The notes under the pieces were generated by a model. That model had not been told where the DNA came from. It searched no databases and was given only the letters and a program-made list of their open reading frames with translations. This document shows positions 31,612 to 40,107 of a stretch of DNA of 58,974 nt, in pieces. The position numbers were made by a program, and so were the translations under genes. Location of the stretch: assembly GCA_038251535.1 (NCBI GenBank), contig JBBSBF010000003.1, forward strand, positions 1 through 58,974, in the 5' to 3' direction. The first letter of the stretch is position 1. Every line of letters begins with the position of its first letter. Source of the stretch: Minisyncoccia bacterium (GTDB taxonomy: Bacteria > Patescibacteriota > Minisyncoccia > Phycocordibacterales > UBA9973).

Positions 31612-33705
31612 CTACGGATTTATATATGTTTTCTCCCTCAAGACCCCAATCTCATCGCGAAGTATAGCTGCAGTTTCGAAGTCGAGGAGTTTGACGGCTT
31701 CTTTCATTTCAGCTTCTTTTATCTTGATCAATTTCTCGATGGGGTTTCCTTTCCGCCGCCCTGTACCAGTTCGGCCAAGCTTCTGATCCTTTTCGATCTG
31801 GGCAAAGAGTGCCATATCGAGCGCGAGCTCCGCGTTGACTGCCTTGCTATGATCACTCTCCATACCTTCGGTGATATCCCTGATGACTTTGGAAATCGTC
31901 GTTGGGGTAATGCCGTGCTTTTTGTTGTACGCGAGTTGTACATCGCGACGACGAGTCGTTTCCCCTATCGCGCGTTCCATAGAGCCCGTAACAGAATCTG
32001 CATAGAGAATGACGCGACCATTGGCGTTGCGTGCGGCACGGCCAATCGTCTGAATGAGCGAGACTTCACTACGGAGGAATCCTTCTTTGTCTGCATCCAA
32101 AATCCCGATAAGTGACACTTCGGGCATGTCGAGTCCTTCTCGAAGCAAGTTCACTCCGACCAAAATATCAAACTCTCCTTTGCGAAACTTGGTAATAATC
32201 TGGATACGTTCGATCGTCTTGATATCACTATGAAGGTATTCTGATTTGATTTTCTTTTCTTTGAGATAGCTACTGAGGTCTTCGGCCATGCGTTTGGTGA
32301 GTGTCGTTGCAAGGACGCGCCCTCCACTCGCTATTTCCTTTTGTGCCTCTTTTATAAAATCTTGCACCTGTCCTGTGTAGTCGCCTCCGTCACGGTCTTC
32401 GAGTATGGGGCGCACCTCAACCAATGGATCGACAAGTCCCGTCGGTCTGATGATCTGTTCGACGATTTGCTCTGAGTGTTCATGCTCGTATTTGCCCGGC
32501 GTCGCCGAGACAAATACTGTCTGCCCGATTCGCTCTTTGAATTCTTCGAACTTCAGCGGCCTGTTATCTTTGGCAGAGGGCAATCTGAATCCAAATTCGA
32601 CGAGCGTTGACTTGCGCGATGCGTCCCCCGCGTACATGCCGCCGAGTTGCGGCACCGTCACATGACTCTCATCGATAAACAACATAAAATCTGCGCTCTT
32701 GTTTCCTTTGGCATCGGTCTTGTGGGGGAAATACGAGAGCAACGTTTCTGGTGGCTCACCGACGGCTTTGCCGGACATGTGACGAGAGTAGTTTTCGATA
32801 CCCGAGCAGTATCCCATCTCGCGGATCATGGCGAGATCATATGTCGTACGGCGTTTGATGCGTTCTGCTTCGAGAAGCTTGCCTTCGTCAGCAAAATGCT
32901 TGAGCTGCTCGTCGAGCTCGTGTTTGATATCTGCTACCGCGCGATCCTTTTCGTCGCTGTTGGTCATGAAGTGTTTCGCCGGGAAGATATAGACGAAGTC
33001 TTCTTCACTGAGAATCTTTGAGGAAACTGGATCAATCTTCAAAATACTATTGACTATATTGCCAGTGAAATCAATCTGATACATGATCGTTTCCGACACT
33101 GGCATGATATCGACTTTGTTGCCAAGCGCACGAAACTGCCCACTCTCGAGATCGGCATTGGTACGACTATAATGAATCGAAATCAGTCGCTCCATCGCAG
33201 CCGTACGAGAGAGCGTCATGCCTTTTTCTATTTTGAAATTGGTTTTTTCGTATTCGACGGGACTTCCGAGACCATAGATACACGACACTGATGCAACAAT
33301 GATGACGTCTTTGCGGGTGAGTAATGCTTGAGTCGTCGCATGACGCAGTCGATCGATCTCCTTGTTGATCTGTGCATCCTTTTCGATGAACGTATCGGTG
33401 ATCGGCATGTATGCCTCGGGCTGGTAGTAGTCGTAGTACGAGACGAAGTAGTGCACGACGTTGTCGGGGAAATAACTCTTGAACTCTTGGGCGAGCTGGG
33501 CTGCGAGGGTTTTGTTGTGGGCGATCACGAGGGTCGGCTTTTGGACTTCGGCAATGATATTGGCCATCGTGAAAGTCTTGCCCGTCGCTGTGGCACCCAG
33601 AAGTGTCTGCATTTGCATGCCGCTCTTGAGTCCTTTCACGAGCTTTGCGATCGCCTTTGGTTGATCCCCTGCAGGCTGGTAATGGTCGGAGAGTTTGAAT
33701 TGCAT
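31612..33705 (-). CDS. uvrB: excinuclease ABC subunit B
   Basis: GATATGKTFTMANII Walker A, DESH box, helicase motifs and a C-terminal UVR helix (FETAAILRDEI). 697 aa. Confidence 0.95.
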   Translation of the reverse strand: MQFKLSDHYQPAGDQPKAIAKLVKGLKSGMQMQTLLGATATGKTFTMANIIAEVQKPTLVIAHNKTLAAQLAQEFKSYFPDNVVHYFVSYYDYYQPEAYMPITDTFIEKDAQINKEIDRLRHATTQALLTRKDVIIVASVSCIYGLGSPVEYEKTNFKIEKGMTLSRTAAMERLISIHYSRTNADLESGQFRALGNKVDIMPVSETIMYQIDFTGNIVNSILKIDPVSSKILSEEDFVYIFPAKHFMTNSDEKDRAVADIKHELDEQLKHFADEGKLLEAERIKRRTTYDLAMIREMGYCSGIENYSRHMSGKAVGEPPETLLSYFPHKTDAKGNKSADFMLFIDESHVTVPQLGGMYAGDASRKSTLVEFGFRLPSAKDNRPLKFEEFKERIGQTVFVSATPGKYEHEHSEQIVEQIIRPTGLVDPLVEVRPILEDRDGGDYTGQVQDFIKEAQKEIASGGRVLATTLTKRMAEDLSSYLKEKKIKSEYLHSDIKTIERIQIITKFRKGEFDILVGVNLLREGLDMPEVSLIGILDADKEGFLRSEVSLIQTIGRAARNANGRVILYADSVTGSMERAIGETTRRRDVQLAYNKKHGITPTTISKVIRDITEGMESDHSKAVNAELALDMALFAQIEKDQKLGRTGTGRRKGNPIEKLIKIKEAEMKEAVKLLDFETAAILRDEIGVLREKTYINP

Positions 33706-33711
33706 GCTTGT

Positions 33712-33740
33712 ATTATATAGAAATGAGGGATTGTTGACAA
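33712..33740 (-). promoter_or_regulatory. promoter TTGTCA-N17-TATAAT, 6 nt before the uvrB ATG
   Basis: Minus strand TTGTCAACAATCCCTCATTTCTATATAAT, then ACAAGC, then ATG at 33705. Confidence 0.6.
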
Positions 33741-33762
33741 ATCTTATAATAAGATATATAGT
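33734..33762 (+). promoter_or_regulatory. promoter TTGACA-N17-TATAGT (micro-ORF 33781)
   Basis: Shares the palindrome TTGTTGACAA with the divergent uvrB -35. Confidence 0.55.
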
Positions 33763-33780
33763 TTTAAAAAACTAATTATT

Positions 33781-33912
33781 ATGAAACTTTCATTTTTGTT
33801 AGAAAAATCTTTAACAATGATTTTAAATTCCATACCCTATATTGTCGCAATAATGTTTGCATACTTTTTTGCATCATTTTTACATCATATAAATATTCAG
33901 TATGTAGCATAA
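33781..33912 (+). CDS. candidate 43-aa hydrophobic micro-protein
   Basis: MKLSFLLEKSLTMILNSIPYIVAIMFAYFFASFLHHINIQYVA, preceded by TTGACA-N17-TATAGT (33734-33762) and followed by a 9-bp-stem terminator (33924-33958). Confidence 0.4.
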   Translation: MKLSFLLEKSLTMILNSIPYIVAIMFAYFFASFLHHINIQYVA

Positions 33913-33923
33913 AATACAGTTAA

Positions 33924-33958
33924 AATACCTCATATATATTTGTGAGGTATTTTTATTT
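33924..33958. terminator. bidirectional terminator shared by two convergent micro-ORFs and the tgt operon
   Basis: 9-bp stem AATACCTCA/TGAGGTATT with T runs on both sides. Confidence 0.65.
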
Positions 33959-33983
33959 TCCATATTATTTCTCCAAATACTTT

Positions 33984-34115
33984 TTATTGCTCGAGCATCA
34001 CTCCATACTGTTCATCTATTCCCCCATACGCTTTGGCAACTATTGCATACGTGCAGACTGCCCCGATAAGGGTGATGATAAATATATAGGTAAATGATTT
34101 GCGGAGTAAAAACAT
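33984..34115 (-). CDS. candidate 43-aa hydrophobic micro-protein
   Basis: MFLLRKSFTYIFIITLIGAVCTYAIVAKAYGGIDEQYGVMLEQ. It starts 19 nt after the tgt stop and shares the 33924-33958 terminator. Confidence 0.3.
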   Translation of the reverse strand: MFLLRKSFTYIFIITLIGAVCTYAIVAKAYGGIDEQYGVMLEQ

Positions 34116-34134
34116 AGTTTCAGTATACTACATA

Positions 34135-35370
34135 CTAGCGAGAGTACTTTTCTAAAAACTCTTTTTTGTATTCAAAAAATGTATCGTCGAGAATCGATGC
34201 TCGGATCTTTTCTACCAGTCGCAACAGGAAATGTACGTTGTGAATACTCGCCAATGTCCCTGCCGTGATCTCGTCTCCCCTGAAAAGATGCGCGAGATAG
34301 GCGCGTGTGTGATGCGTGCAAGTGTAGCAGGTGCACCCGTCCTCGATCGGCGCGAAGTCTGCGACAAATTTCGCGTTTTTGATGTGGATTTTTCCGTCAT
34401 GCGTATACAACGTTCCGTGTCGCCCAATGCGCGTCGGAAGCACGCAATCAAAGAGATCACACCCAGCTTGTACTCCCTCAAAGAGATCAATCGGTTCTCC
34501 GATGCCAAGGAGATGTCGAGGCTTCTCTTCTGGAAGCAATGCATTGACCCATCCAACTGCAGTACCAATGTCGTCTTTGGTAAATGATCCTCCGATGCCA
34601 TAGCCGTCAAAGTCCAGACTTCCCAAATCCCTTGCCGCTTGCTCTCGCAAATCTTGAAATCTTCCGCCTTGGACGACACCAAACAACGCCCGCCGAAATT
34701 CCTGCGGAATTTTTTCGGGTAAACCTGCTTCTGATTCTGCATTTAATTTGTTCCAATGTACCAGACAACGCTTGGCCCATTCATACGTACGTGCGAGCGA
34801 CTTTGCTTGGTAGTCATACGGCGCTGTCGGGCTTGTGCATTCGTCAAATGCAAATATCATATCTGCGCCCAGTTTCCATTGCGCGAGCATCGAGCTCTCG
34901 GGTGTAAAGAGATGCTTCGAACCATCTAAATGTGATTTAAACAACACGCCTTCATCGGTCACTTTTGCCAATGGGTTTGATTTATTTGAATATAGACCTT
35001 CGAGGTCTATATTTTGCATAGGAGCTTTACCTGTCGCGACTTTGCTTACTTGTTGTCCAAACGCAGCCCCGAGAGAAAACGCTTGAAATCCTCCACTGTC
35101 GGTCATGGTGGGTCCATGCCAATCCATAAATGGTCCAAACCCTCCTGCCTGCTCAACGATATCTGTACCTGGCTGCAAATATAAATGGTACGTATTGGCA
35201 AGAACCACTTGGGCATTGAGACTGCGCAATTGCTCGGAGGTCAATGATTTGACCGTCGCCTTGGTCCCAACGACAACAAACGCAGGGGTTTGAATCGTGC
35301 CATTTGCTGTCTCAATAGTCCCCGCGCGAGCAAGTGTGCCAGCTAATTTCTTTTCAATAGAAAATTTCAT
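34135..35370 (-). CDS. tgt: queuine tRNA-ribosyltransferase
   Basis: TIM-barrel TGT motifs (DSGGFQ, AFDECT) and the zinc site CTCYTCTHHTRAYLAHL. 411 aa. Confidence 0.9.
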   Translation of the reverse strand: MKFSIEKKLAGTLARAGTIETANGTIQTPAFVVVGTKATVKSLTSEQLRSLNAQVVLANTYHLYLQPGTDIVEQAGGFGPFMDWHGPTMTDSGGFQAFSLGAAFGQQVSKVATGKAPMQNIDLEGLYSNKSNPLAKVTDEGVLFKSHLDGSKHLFTPESSMLAQWKLGADMIFAFDECTSPTAPYDYQAKSLARTYEWAKRCLVHWNKLNAESEAGLPEKIPQEFRRALFGVVQGGRFQDLREQAARDLGSLDFDGYGIGGSFTKDDIGTAVGWVNALLPEEKPRHLLGIGEPIDLFEGVQAGCDLFDCVLPTRIGRHGTLYTHDGKIHIKNAKFVADFAPIEDGCTCYTCTHHTRAYLAHLFRGDEITAGTLASIHNVHFLLRLVEKIRASILDDTFFEYKKEFLEKYSR

Positions 35371-35382
35371 GAGAATAATATA

Positions 35383-36012
35383 CTAATTCTTATAGAAAAC
35401 GAAAAACATCGCTACTAAGATTAAAGCGTTCCACACAGTAAACCAAAATGAGTATTTAATAATTTTATTATCTTTGATTGGAGGAATATACACTTCATCA
35501 CGAGTTAATGAATTGGATTGCAAAAAATTGTCCACTTTATTGGTAAAATTTCTTATTTCTGTGTGAAGACTCTTTTTTATTCCTATTTTAATTAACATTG
35601 TTAAACAAAACAACACTATAAAAATACCTACCGAAACAAAGGTAGCTTTATTTTTACACAACAAAAAACTAGAAATAATTATCAAAGCTAAAAATATCCC
35701 GCCAAATAAAATACATATATCCAATACCATCAAACGCCAAGATATTTTATAATTCCATACATACGGACTTCTGTGGATATACCACGCTTCATTTGCAAGA
35801 ATTGCACCGAGTGGATTGAAACCACGATTGATTACAAAATATTGATTATATATTTCTATAAGTTTTGGATAACTTTTTCTAGTTGTAATTTCTTTTTTTA
35901 TTTGTTTTTTCATTCCCTTGACCGCACCAGTCCCTAGAAAAACGAAAACAAACAACACAAAGCTGACGAGACCGTAATGATTAAAATTTAAAAGTGTTTC
36001 AGTAATATTCAT
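35383..36012 (-). CDS. hypothetical membrane protein
   Basis: 209-aa very AT-rich ORF with about 4 TM helices, occupying the position after mreC. Confidence 0.55.
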   Translation of the reverse strand: MNITETLLNFNHYGLVSFVLFVFVFLGTGAVKGMKKQIKKEITTRKSYPKLIEIYNQYFVINRGFNPLGAILANEAWYIHRSPYVWNYKISWRLMVLDICILFGGIFLALIIISSFLLCKNKATFVSVGIFIVLFCLTMLIKIGIKKSLHTEIRNFTNKVDNFLQSNSLTRDEVYIPPIKDNKIIKYSFWFTVWNALILVAMFFVFYKN

Positions 36013-36018
36013 ATATTT

Positions 36019-36780
36019 TTACCTCACAATCACCCACTTCAGTGCCTGGAGGTTGATCGGAGTTTTGGCAATCATTCGCTGAAACGGATCTCGTGGATCG
36101 GTGACGATGCGTTCGATCTCAGCAAGCACTGCCGTATCTGTTGATTGATAGGCGATCAACCCACCCACCTGAAACTGCAATGTTCGAGGAATGCGCACTT
36201 CGTATTCTCCACTACCTCTCCCGATGAGCGTCACGGCGACATCAGTACCCGAAGCGGTGCCAGACGTACTTCTACCGGGTGTACTAAAAAGCGCCACCGT
36301 CGCATGACTATCAGAAACCGTATCGATACTTCCGAGCGCGATGTTATCAAATCCGTACACAGTCTGACCAACTCTCACTCCTTCAGCAAAACCCCCATCG
36401 ATCACAAAGGTATCGTAGATGCTGCGGTTTGGTACCGTGAGCACATGTGCGAGTACGCCATCTTTGTGTACCGTCCGTCCGAGCTCCGCTTTCAGTTCAG
36501 TGTTTTCTGCTTTTAATAACGTTGCAGTTGTTATTTGTGCATCATAACTCTCAAGTGTTGTTTGTAGTTCGGTTATTTTTTGTACCAATGTTCTCTTTGA
36601 TAACAGTGTACTGTAAACAGTTGTCGCAGACGCAAGTGGAATGTTGCTCGATACTTTGTTCATGATCAGTCGAACGATGAGTCCTGCAATACCGAGTACC
36701 ACGATAGCGATACCGATAGAGACAAACACTTTTGAAATGTTTCTTTTCTTGTTAAATTGTTTTTTGTTAAATGATGACAT
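36019..36780 (-). CDS. mreC: rod shape-determining protein MreC
   Basis: N-terminal TM helix, coiled coil (LKAENTELKAELGR) and a beta-rich C-terminal domain. Overlaps the mreB stop by 14 nt. Confidence 0.7.
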   Translation of the reverse strand: MSSFNKKQFNKKRNISKVFVSIGIAIVVLGIAGLIVRLIMNKVSSNIPLASATTVYSTLLSKRTLVQKITELQTTLESYDAQITTATLLKAENTELKAELGRTVHKDGVLAHVLTVPNRSIYDTFVIDGGFAEGVRVGQTVYGFDNIALGSIDTVSDSHATVALFSTPGRSTSGTASGTDVAVTLIGRGSGEYEVRIPRTLQFQVGGLIAYQSTDTAVLAEIERIVTDPRDPFQRMIAKTPINLQALKWVIVR

Positions 36781-37810
36781 GTTCGTCCAATGGCAATATT
36801 ACGCTTTTATACTTCTCAAAATCTTCCAGTATGATGCCAGTTCCTCGAGCGACAGCTGAGAGAGGATCTTCGGCAACATGTACGGGGATCGAAAGCTCAC
36901 TCTCCAAAAGTTGCGAAAGACCGGGCAATAATGCTCCCCCTCCACTCAATATAATACCGCTCTCGAGCACATCGGACATCATTTCGGGCGGAGAAGTCTC
37001 GAGTACTTCTCGGATCCCTGTCACCAGAAATCCAACCGGTCGATTCAACGCCTCACGGATATCTCCATCAGTGATCATGAGCGCTCGAGGTAGTCCAGTG
37101 ACCAGATCACGTCCTCGTACTTCTATCTCTTGGTAGTCAGTTTCAACTGCACTGCCGAGCTCGAGTTTGACTGCTTCAGCGGTTGATTCTCCAACAAGGA
37201 GCTTAAATTCATCCCTCAAATACTCGATGACTCTCTCGTTGAAATGATCCCCCGCTATGCGCAGATTGAGCGATCGGACAACACCACCGAGCGCAATGAG
37301 TGCGATATCCGTTGTTCCCCCGCCGATATCGACGATGAATGTCGCCGTTGGTTCAAGGACCGGGAGCCGTATCCCGATCGCAGCAGCCATCGCTTCTTCT
37401 ACGAGGTGTACTTCTCTCGCTCCTGCATCTCGAGCAGCGTCATACACTGCACGCAACTCGACGTTTGTAATACCAGATGGTACGCCGATCACCACACGCG
37501 GACGAAAAAACTTGCTTGATATCTTTTCTGCTTTTCGTATAAAATACGCGAGCATTTCTTCGGTGATATCATAGTCCGATACCACTCCTTCGATCAGTGG
37601 ACGGATGATGGTAATGTGTGCGGGAGTTTTGCCCCACATACTTTTTGCTTCATGACCGATCGCGACGATTTGTCCTGTCTTTTGATTGACTGCCACAATC
37701 GACGGTTCGTTGATGATGATGCCGTGCCCTGAAAGATAGACGAGCGTGTTGGCAGTACCGAGATCGATACCGATGTCATTTGAAAAACGCTGATACAGAG
37801 ATTTAGCCAT
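36767..37810 (-). CDS. mreB: rod shape-determining protein MreB
   Basis: Actin-fold motifs IGIDLGTANTLVY and DIGGGTTDIA. 347 aa. Confidence 0.95.
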   Translation of the reverse strand: MAKSLYQRFSNDIGIDLGTANTLVYLSGHGIIINEPSIVAVNQKTGQIVAIGHEAKSMWGKTPAHITIIRPLIEGVVSDYDITEEMLAYFIRKAEKISSKFFRPRVVIGVPSGITNVELRAVYDAARDAGAREVHLVEEAMAAAIGIRLPVLEPTATFIVDIGGGTTDIALIALGGVVRSLNLRIAGDHFNERVIEYLRDEFKLLVGESTAEAVKLELGSAVETDYQEIEVRGRDLVTGLPRALMITDGDIREALNRPVGFLVTGIREVLETSPPEMMSDVLESGIILSGGGALLPGLSQLLESELSIPVHVAEDPLSAVARGTGIILEDFEKYKSVILPLDEHVII

Positions 37811-39059
37811 TGGTGACGATCGATAGGAGTTCTAGAGTGGTAACGACTCGACTGTCGTTACTGGTACGCTCTTTGATTTCTACACCATTTTTTTCTAGAC
37901 TCCGATCCGATACTACTACCCGCAACGGCATACCGAGTAAATCTGCATCGGCAAATTTTTCTCCCGGAGCAACGCCAGACCTATCGTCAAATAGTACTTC
38001 AATGTTTTTTTCTAAAAGTTGTTGATACACCTCTTCGGCAGCAATGTGCGTTGCAGTGTTCGTACCAAGGACGAGTAAATGTACCTGAAACGGAGCAATC
38101 GACGCCGGCCAAACAATACCGCGATCATCAGAAAGCACTTCAACAACTGTTCCCATCAAGCGAGTAATTCCAATACCATATGAACCCATAAATACTGGAA
38201 TATCGTTTCCTTCTTCGTTTTTGTACGTAAGGTCGAATGGTTCGGAAAATTTGGAACCGAGCGAAAAGATATTTCCTGTTTCAATAGATTTCTTTTCTAT
38301 CAATGTCTCTTTATTTAAACCGAGCTCCACAAGTACTTCATCGGTATAAACTTCTTTGTTTACTGCGATACCAAATGCTTCATCGATATAGATCACATCT
38401 TCTCCATTTTCAGATATAGTCTGGAATTCGTGAGAATATTTTGCAAACGTTCCACCTGAAGCAAAGGTCATATAGGTACATGCACCAATTCCAGTTCGGT
38501 GAAATATGTTTCGATATGCATCTTTTGCTTTTTCATAAAATACATCGTGTTCGGTCTGATCTTTTGAAAAAGAATACAATGCTTTCCAGTAAAATTCTCG
38601 TCCTCGTAAAATGCCCGATTTGCTCCTTGCTTCATTTCTAAAAATTATTTTGAAATCATATGCATAAAATGGAAGATCTTTATATGAATTTACAAAATTT
38701 TTTGCAATATTTGAATACGCTTCTTCATTCGTAAATGAAAGACCAAGTTCTGAACCATTCTTGAGTGTCGTCTTGAACCAATTATCGACTACATCATCAT
38801 CCCAGCGATTGGTCTTTTCCCATACTTCCTTACTCTGGAGTTCAGAAGTTTGCATTTGAATGCCTCCGATAGCATTCATTTCTTCTCGGATGATATTTGT
38901 TATCTTTTCCACAACTCGTAGCCCAAGTGGCAGTAGGCTATATACACCTGCCATTTCTTTATGTATAAATCCAGCCCTAATCAAAAGTTGCGCATTTTTT
39001 GCCACCTCATCTGAGGGCGCTTCTTTGCGCGTTTTCGTAAACAGCTGACTTTGTCGCAT
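37803..39059 (-). CDS. proS: proline--tRNA ligase, short bacterial type
   Basis: N-terminus MRQSQLFTKTRKEAPSDEVAKNAQLLIRAGFI, class II motifs and an anticodon-binding domain. 418 aa leaves no room for a full INS editing domain. Confidence 0.85.
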   Translation of the reverse strand: MRQSQLFTKTRKEAPSDEVAKNAQLLIRAGFIHKEMAGVYSLLPLGLRVVEKITNIIREEMNAIGGIQMQTSELQSKEVWEKTNRWDDDVVDNWFKTTLKNGSELGLSFTNEEAYSNIAKNFVNSYKDLPFYAYDFKIIFRNEARSKSGILRGREFYWKALYSFSKDQTEHDVFYEKAKDAYRNIFHRTGIGACTYMTFASGGTFAKYSHEFQTISENGEDVIYIDEAFGIAVNKEVYTDEVLVELGLNKETLIEKKSIETGNIFSLGSKFSEPFDLTYKNEEGNDIPVFMGSYGIGITRLMGTVVEVLSDDRGIVWPASIAPFQVHLLVLGTNTATHIAAEEVYQQLLEKNIEVLFDDRSGVAPGEKFADADLLGMPLRVVVSDRSLEKNGVEIKERTSNDSRVVTTLELLSIVTNG

Positions 39060-39072
39060 ATGGCTTTATAAT
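39045..39072 (+). promoter_or_regulatory. candidate rpsB promoter CTGACT-N16-TATAAT (about 190-nt leader)
   Basis: The -35 lies inside the proS 5' codons. The -10 overlaps the divergent proS -10. Confidence 0.45.
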
Positions 39073-39076
39073 GCCA
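39068..39076 (-). promoter_or_regulatory. extended -10 TGGCATTAT, 8 nt before the proS ATG
   Basis: Read on the minus strand upstream of 39059. Confidence 0.45.
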
Positions 39077-39155
39077 CATTTTAAGTAATATAAAAAGCCA
39101 CGGATAAGGATTATTGTTAAAAACTGTTTTATATGTTATTGTTTTGACTCCAGAT

Positions 39156-39181
39156 CCCTGCTTCGCCAAAGCTACGCAGGG
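39156..39181. repeat. GC-rich hairpin element, copy 1
   Basis: CCCTGC-ttcgccaaagctac-GCAGGG. Confidence 0.6.
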
Positions 39182-39209
39182 CGCAGGAAATTATTCAGAT
39201 TAGTAAGGT

Positions 39210-39237
39210 CCCTTCGACAAGCTCAGGGCAAGTCCCT
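39210..39237. repeat. GC-rich hairpin element, copy 2 (alternative pairings)
   Basis: CCCT-tcgacaagctc-AGGG-caagt-CCCT. Confidence 0.5.
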
Positions 39238-39265
39238 CCAGCATAGGTTCCTCGTGCAGATTGTT

Positions 39266-39946
39266 ATGAAAAAAGAAATTAACTCTACAGACCTCATGGA
39301 GGCCGGTGTTCACTACGGTTATACCCGTACCCGCCGTCACCCAACCATCACTCCATTTCTCTATGGATCAAAAGATGGTACCGATATCATCGATATCGAC
39401 AAAACAATGTCACAACTTGAAAAAGCGACCATCTTCCTCGCAGAGCTCGGTGCTGCAGGCAAGGTCGCACTCTTTGTCGGCGTCAAGCCAGAAGCTCGTG
39501 GTGCCATCGTCGAAACAGCATCGTCGCTGCATCAACCATACGTCACTGAGCGTTGGATCGGTGGAATCCTTACTAACTTTTCAGAGATTAAGCGTCGTAT
39601 TGAAAAATTGGAAAAGATGAAAGAAGAGCGCGTTAGTGGTGAATACGCAAAATACACCAAAAAAGAGCAACTCATGCTCAACCGCGAAATGGAACGTTTG
39701 AACAAGTTTTTCAATGGATTGATCGGCATGACAAAGATGCCAGATGTTGTCATCGTCATTGATTCAAAAAAGGAACACATCGCTATTAAAGAAGCTCGCA
39801 AAATGAACATCCCCGTCATCGCAATCGGTAATACTGACTGCAGTATCCGTGCGATCGACTACCCTATCACTGCAAATGATAGTTCGGTTTCGAGTATTAC
39901 TACAATCCTTGGTATACTAAAGGCTGCGTTCGAAGGAAACAAATAA
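39266..39946 (+). CDS. rpsB: 30S ribosomal protein S2
   Basis: LMEAGVHYGYTRTRRHP N-terminus. ATG at 39266 is preferred over the GTG at 39254. Confidence 0.95.
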   Translation: MKKEINSTDLMEAGVHYGYTRTRRHPTITPFLYGSKDGTDIIDIDKTMSQLEKATIFLAELGAAGKVALFVGVKPEARGAIVETASSLHQPYVTERWIGGILTNFSEIKRRIEKLEKMKEERVSGEYAKYTKKEQLMLNREMERLNKFFNGLIGMTKMPDVVIVIDSKKEHIAIKEARKMNIPVIAIGNTDCSIRAIDYPITANDSSVSSITTILGILKAAFEGNK

Positions 39947-40107
39947 GGAAGTAATTAGAGTTGTAAAATTTATAAAGTAAGGCGATCAAAAAATATTCCA
40001 TGAGAAATGCATTGCGCAGGGCGACTGGCCCGAGCATAGCAAAAAGCTAGCAAGCTTTTATGCGCGCATTTCGAAAGGAATATTTGAGAGAGCAACTATC
40101 ATACCAA

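Noticed and set aside
31378-32115. 245-aa plus-strand ORF overlapping tspO and uvrB
   Set aside because: It runs antisense through two clearly identified genes. No promoter or motif support.
39060-39265. T-box leader upstream of proS (and of valS and leuS)
   Set aside because: No specifier-loop or T-box (AGGGTGGTACCGCG-like) sequence is present. The proS, valS and leuS upstream spacers are too short, and their -10 boxes sit 6-8 nt from the start codons.
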